64,000 nt of DNA from assembly GCA_964057225.1 (NCBI GenBank), contig OZ059894.1, forward strand, positions 10,354,001-10,418,000, given 5' to 3'. Source of the DNA: Auanema rhodensis (lineage: Eukaryota; Animalia; Nematoda). Numbering within the stretch: the first letter of the stretch is position 1; each line of letters starts with the position of its first letter. The notes below the pieces were generated by a model. The model was not told the origin of the DNA. It did no database searches and saw only the letters and a program-made list of their open reading frames with translations. The translations under genes and the position numbers were made by a program. Below are positions 58,519-64,000 of the stretch, piece after piece.

Positions 58519-59634
58519 ATGCTCTATCCAACAGGATGGATTTACCCACAAGATTCTATCAAGGTGAGATATCATAACTCTATTTCGAATTTTTTTCGAG
58601 TTTTCTTGGTAACAACAACGTTTTACAGAATACCCCCTCAATAAATCAGGGATATTCTTTTGAAATAGATGAACGGCTAAGAAGAGAAGGGATAAAAGTT
58701 ATTATGGATATTGGGCATATACTGAGGCTGTAAAGTTCTTTTCTTTCGAACTGTTTTATTAAATACATTATTACAGCAAAGTAAATCCAACTTTAGCGAC
58801 TGCTGCTGTATATTTTCATAGATTTTATATGAATCATAGTTTTCAATCTTTTCCAAGAGAGGTAGACCTATATATATATATTTGTTTATTTATTCATGTG
58901 CTTTGAAGTTGGTGGCAATTGGTTGTCTTTTTTTGGCCGGAAAGGTTGAGGAGACCCCTAAGAAAAGCCGAGACCTATTAAGAGTTGCTCAAATGAAGTT
59001 TCCAACATTATTTATAGAAACTAAGCCAGTGCGTAATCAGAGTAAATAGTGGTTTAATCAAACTGTTTTTTTCAGGAAGATATAATGGGAATAGAACGAA
59101 TTTTATTAAGAACATTAAAATTTGATTTACAAGTTAATCATCCATATAAATATCTTATACAGTATATTCAAAGTCATAATCTAAGTGCAGAAATCGTAAG
59201 TCACGTTTATATTTCCGTTAATCCTATATTTTTTCAGTCGAAAAGTTACATACAAACTGCATATGCATTTGTTAATGATAGTTATTCCACCACTTTATGC
59301 TTATTGTGGGAACCCCAGGTATATTTCATTCAACATTCTTTTCTAATTTAATCATCTAACAGGTATTAGCCGTGGCGTTTGTAAATTTGGCGTTTCATGT
59401 AAGTAAAAATTACAAGGTAAGTATTTAAATTGAAATTATTATTATAACTTAATATTTTAAGCCTAAGCCTGATTGGTGGGATGAGCATATATTAAACCTA
59501 ACATCAACAATCGTTGAGGACATATGCCATGTGGTAAGCATAGTTTAGAATTTTCATTAACACTTTGTTTCTTTTTTCAGGTTTTGGATTTTTACTCAGT
59601 ATCAAAATGTGAAAAATTTGAATTTGATACCTAG
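58519..59634 (+). CDS. ccnk-1: Cyclin K (CDK12/13 partner), short form
   Basis: NTPS...[112 protein letters not shown]. Confidence 0.92.
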
Positions 59635-59815
59635 ATCAAACGTGCATAATCTTCTGGACTTCATTTTCAAAAGGTTACCAAGTTTTCAATAACCGTGTCC
59701 AGCTTTTCCTCCAACAGCTAACGTATCTAGTCACTTATCGCTTTATTTTTTTTTTTGCGAGAACTTAGTATGAAACAATATGTAGTGCTAGATTTATCTT
59801 TTTATAATCAGTTTT

Positions 59816-61889
59816 TTAAAAACTTCCTAATAAATATGCTAGAATTATTGGTAGTAAATATTTTACATGGTTAACGCCATTATTAATTTTGTCTAAAGTT
59901 ATGCCATCCACACCATATTTCTTCATATGCTCCCAAAAGTTGAATTCGTCTCGTAGGAGATCTACAATTTCCGTAATTTGATACTTTTTACAATATTTCT
60001 ATCACCTGTATGGACTGCAGGTTTTGGAGCTAGTTTAACGTGAGAAAATTTCTCATCGAAAGAAATCCAAGGAATACTATCAGATTGAGGAATACTGTAA
60101 AACTAAAAAATACATTAAGTTCTAGTAATAGCTGATCACCCTGTTTTAATGAAATTAGCGTAACTTTCCAGAAGCATCTCACGAATAGTGTAGTCTTCCT
60201 CGTCAAACTCAAAGACATTGACGAGATAACGACCGAATATATAAGGAAATTCATGGCAATGATAGGTTTCTGAAATTCTGATGTCATAGTCTATATAATA
60301 TCTAAAACTATTAACTTTTCATTGGAAAATCATCATTGAATTGATGAGGATTGAAATAATCGAAGCTGAGCACATATACATTTCCATTTTTACTGCGAGC
60401 CTTTGCTTCTCGAACTATAGCTGTATTGAATGTTATTGTAGAAAGAATCTGATAATTGAAGTAGTAGTTTATCTGTAGACCACTATATCAAATACCTGAG
60501 TGTCTTGATTCATGTAATAAGGATAATCCGTTCTTCCGGATGGTAAGAAAAATCGTTTTGAATCATTAAAAACTCCACTGCTTTGATCGGATGGGAAACG
60601 CGGAATAATCACGTCGTTAATTCGATTGATAACGGTTTCTTCATTCACAGTTTGGTAAATAGATGAATTACTTTTTAGATAAGCTAAATAAAAAAATTGA
60701 AAAAATTAGATAAAATTCTTCAAACTAAACTGAAATATAATGATTCTGCTGACATAACCGATATTAAGACTGGAAGAGAAGGTGTATTTGTAGAATTCAG
60801 ATTTTGAGGTTCATATGGCAGAATAGAATCACCAATGTATGGGAAAAACGTTCCTTTGCTCTATTAAAACGAATGTTAGATGATATTTGAATGAATGAAA
60901 CCTGATAATACAGAATATCCTTGATTGAAGCTGTTTGTAAGCATTTGTGATAAGTGGTAGTACAATTTAATGCTTTGAAAAAGTTTTCGGTTGATTGTAT
61001 GGCTTGGTTTCTGTAAGATGTTAGACCCCAAGCTGAACCACTTAATTGAATAGTTCGGTTATAAAGTCCTATAAAGATTATGAGTTTTCTAACAATCAAC
61101 GTAAGATATCATACCAACTGTGAATGGAGAAAGATTCAAGGCGCTTACAGAAAATGCTCCAGCACTGTGACCCATTACAGTTATTCTATTATGATCCCCA
61201 CATAGCTTGTTCGCGTTCTTTTTCACAAATTTCAAAGCCATAATTTGATCCCAAATTCCGAGATTTGTTGTTCCATTTATAGCAGCAAAGCCTTAGAGGA
61301 TGTTAATGCAATTAATGAAAATTTTGAAATACCGAGAACTCCCAATCTATATTGAATGGTTACAACTACAACACCTCTAGAAACAAAGTTTTTAGCAAGC
61401 GGATAGTCATCTGGTTCAATAGCATCTCCTTCAACAAAGCCTCCTCCATGTATGAAAATGAGAATTGGATGTTTAGTGTCACACTACAAGTAATGCTGAT
61501 ATAAACTTTCAAAGCAATAGATTACCTCAGTTGGAGTAAATACATTCAAATACAAACAATCCTCACTGATAGGAAGGTTTTTCAATTTAGTCGTATCTTG
61601 AATACAAGCTGGTTTATATGTTTTTGTTGGTAAATCTTCTATCCAACTAACAGGTTCAACAGATTTCTAAAATTGAAACAAACAACAATGAAATTTATCC
61701 AAAATATACTTTTCCACGATCATCTATAGTTAGAGGTTTAGCAAATGGTACACCCAGAAAGACATTCATAGAAAAATCAGGAAAATCTTTTTGGAATCCA
61801 ACAATATTTCCATAATGTGTGTTCAACACAACATCTTCACAGTATGCTTGTGAAAGCAAAGATAAATATAACACTAATAAAGCTTTCAT
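59816..61889 (-). CDS. Type-B carboxylesterase (secreted, hydrophobic C-terminal anchor)
   Basis: Signal peptide; VFLGVPFAKP, SEDCLYLNVFTP, FIHGGGFVEG, VVTIQYRLG, GIWDQIMALKFV, catalytic GHSAG, SAESLYF, TYHCHEFPYIFG (catalytic His); tail NNGVNHVKYLLPIILAYLLGSF*. Confidence 0.93.
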
Positions 61890-62999
61890 AACTGAAACAA
61901 GTGGTAAATTATTTAAAAATTAAGATAGAAGTATAGGAAAATATAAATATATCAGAACTTCAGATGTACATAGGTTGGTAGATTCTATTGTGAATGAATG
62001 ATCAATTAAATGTTCCATAAGTATAATCAGGGTTTTAAAAAGATTAAATAAACTTTTTTAGAATGAATATTCAATATAAAATTTAACGATAAAAACGATA
62101 ACAGAATGCGAAAAACTGGAAAAAATCAACAACTTGAACTCACAGATTTAACTAAAAATTTGAATAAATGAAATATATCATGAAATATCAAATCAAATAT
62201 GAAGAATCAAGAAAAAATCTATCATGATTCTCAAGATTGCTGATTATTAAGAAGTAATCTGAGTATAGCATTCCATGAAAAGTTTCTTGATAACATTTTT
62301 TTTTTGATAATTTAACATGTTTTATATAAGCATAATGGCGATGAAAGATATTAATGTTATATCTTTATGACCTATAGGAAAAAAATGTTTTATATATCTT
62401 ATATTATTTGAAAAAGAGAACATTACAATCTGTGTTAGCTTATGAGCTTGTTAGAAACTGAAGAAATAGTATAAGGTTTCAAACATTGAACACATTATTG
62501 CTTATGTAAGAAGATCCAAAAAGAAGAATATTCTATAATTGTTATAAAACTAAACGAAAAGTTTAGTTCCGTTGATCTATTATCATTCCTGATACTCTTG
62601 CCTGATTGAAATTCTACTTTCTAATATTATTTATTGAAGTAACTTCTGTTTCATTTTGTTTTTACAAACTCCTTTAATTCAAAAAATATAAATTTGTAAA
62701 GAAATTGATGACAATGATAGGTTTTTATGATAATGCGTACAACACTTGTAACAGAAACAGAAATATAGGCAAAATGGCTGACATGACAGATATCAAGACT
62801 GTGAGAACAGTTCGAAGGCCGTTCGCAGAATTCAGATGTTCTGATTTACTATGTGTGATACCCATTGATGTGAACTTCTTCAATTCGCCATACTAAAAGT
62901 GAAAACAGTGAAAATATAAATAAACCATTCTGCTTTAAAAATCTTCGGATAGTCGAAATTGTTTGCAGAAAGTCGGCTTTCATATAACTTCACAAGTTA

Positions 63000-63075
63000 G
63001 TTTACTTGGCACTTTTAGTTTTTTAAACTTGCCAAGTAAACCTAAGGAAACACATTAAAAGCTTAATTAAGCTTT
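63000..63075. other. 12-bp perfect inverted repeat (18-nt spacer) followed by an 18-bp perfect palindrome
   Basis: GTTTACTTGGCA (63000-63011) / TGCCAAGTAAAC (63030-63041); AAAGCTTAATTAAGCTTT (63058-63075). Confidence 0.9.
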
Positions 63076-63731
63076 AAAATTAGGTAAAATAATACAATAT
63101 AAATAAAATAAAATAAAATAAATAAAATATCTTAGAATTGATAGGAAATCAGATGAACAATTGATGTTTTACTTTAAATTATTTTTTAAAATACTATAAC
63201 TTCTTAGCGATGACTCATACAAAGAAAAACTAGTATATTTAAAACTTGGAATTAAGAATCAAAGTAATATTTTCAGAAACTTTTATGGGTTATTCACCAT
63301 TGATGGGACGTCACAGATACACAAATACATAACAACCGCTCATCTCAAGTTTCATTTTAGAAATGATTCACACATCTAATTTGAAAACATCTAATTCATA
63401 TTTGATTGAAATACCATTCCAACCAAATGTATTGAAACATCTATTGAAACGTGTTTAGTAGATTTTTGAATTATGCTGAATCTTCTGAAGGCAGGTAATC
63501 CGCTCTTGTTAAAACTTAAACCTAGTCACGTGTCTATCGTTTTGTTTCAAACTTTTCGATGAAAACAAACAAAAAACATAAACTTTAATATCAATATGAT
63601 TGAGCATATCAAGATTACAAATTAAGCCCGTGATGGGTAAAAATAGAGGCACACAAATTATACCAAATTAACAAACATCTTATTACAATTAGAAGAAGAG
63701 ACGGAGCAATGTCTCTTTTTTCAAAAATACA

Positions 63732-64000
63732 TTACAATCTCTGTTGGCTCATGAGTTCGTGCTTAATAGCCTTTTCATCAATATCAGACAGCTCAGAAGC
63801 TTGAACCTGCATAAGTGACTGAAGACCAAGAGTAGCTTTCAAAGCAGCTACAGAGGAGGCGTACAACATGCGTCGACGAACTGGAGCGTCATCGGGGCAG
63901 CTAAAATAAAGAAATTAAAACAAATAATTGTTAAACACAAACTATTGGATGAAGATGACTTTGCTGAGCTTGCTTCCTCCTTCAGTTCCTTGTCTCTGAA
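63732..64000 (-). CDS. unc-60: ADF/cofilin, muscle isoform UNC-60B, 3' exons (partial; gene continues beyond the window)
   Basis: QRQGTEGGSKLSKVIFIQY|CPDDAPVRRRMLYASSVAALKATLGLQSLMQVQASELSDIDEKAIKHELMSQQRL*, closely matching the UNC-60B C-terminus as recalled. Confidence 0.95.

Noticed and set aside
63005-63030. CTTGGCACT as a miR-790/miR-96-family mature miRNA
   Set aside because: A 22-nt mature sequence would run through the loop, and the stem is too short for a pre-miRNA.
62700-63510. Exon-like fragments on the plus strand between the esterase and unc-60
   Set aside because: Candidate splices run into stops and no consistent frame was found; at most a decayed gene.

Overview
Eukaryotic, very AT-rich genomic DNA from a nematode, most likely a rhabditid (clade V) but not C. 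elegans. The evidence is many ~41-55 nt GT-AG introns, lone TTTCAG-type acceptors just upstream of start codons (SL trans-splicing sites), and nematode-specific genes. Genes reconstructed by hand across introns: a small tail-anchored protein (+), a CK1/TTBK-like kinase (+), kinesin light chain klc-2 (-, alternative last exons), neuropeptide flp-21 (-, GLGPRPLRFG), a nematode globin (-), a Stum/SPEC3 membrane protein (-), nidogen nid-1 (-), zig-1-like 2-Ig TM protein (+), an SxIP-motif orphan (+), ILF2/NF45 (-), cyclin K (+), a type-B carboxylesterase (-) and the 3' end of unc-60B cofilin (-). The two ends of the window are compact. The middle (~7-53 kb) is expanded and full of strand-polarised GA/CT microsatellites. 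The most notable non-coding structure is: (i) dispersed arrays of a CGTGA/TCACG core held at 9/11-bp spacing with divergent spacers; (ii) a candidate C/D snoRNA with its own snRNA-type promoter inside a globin intron; (iii) a GGC...GCC palindrome near 63.0 kb reminiscent of rhabditid DNA-elimination break motifs; (iv) a run of in-frame, stop-free introns in the globin gene. Most ORFs in the supplied track are spurious (microsatellite or intron read-through). All counts were made by eye and all homology calls come from recall, not from searches.
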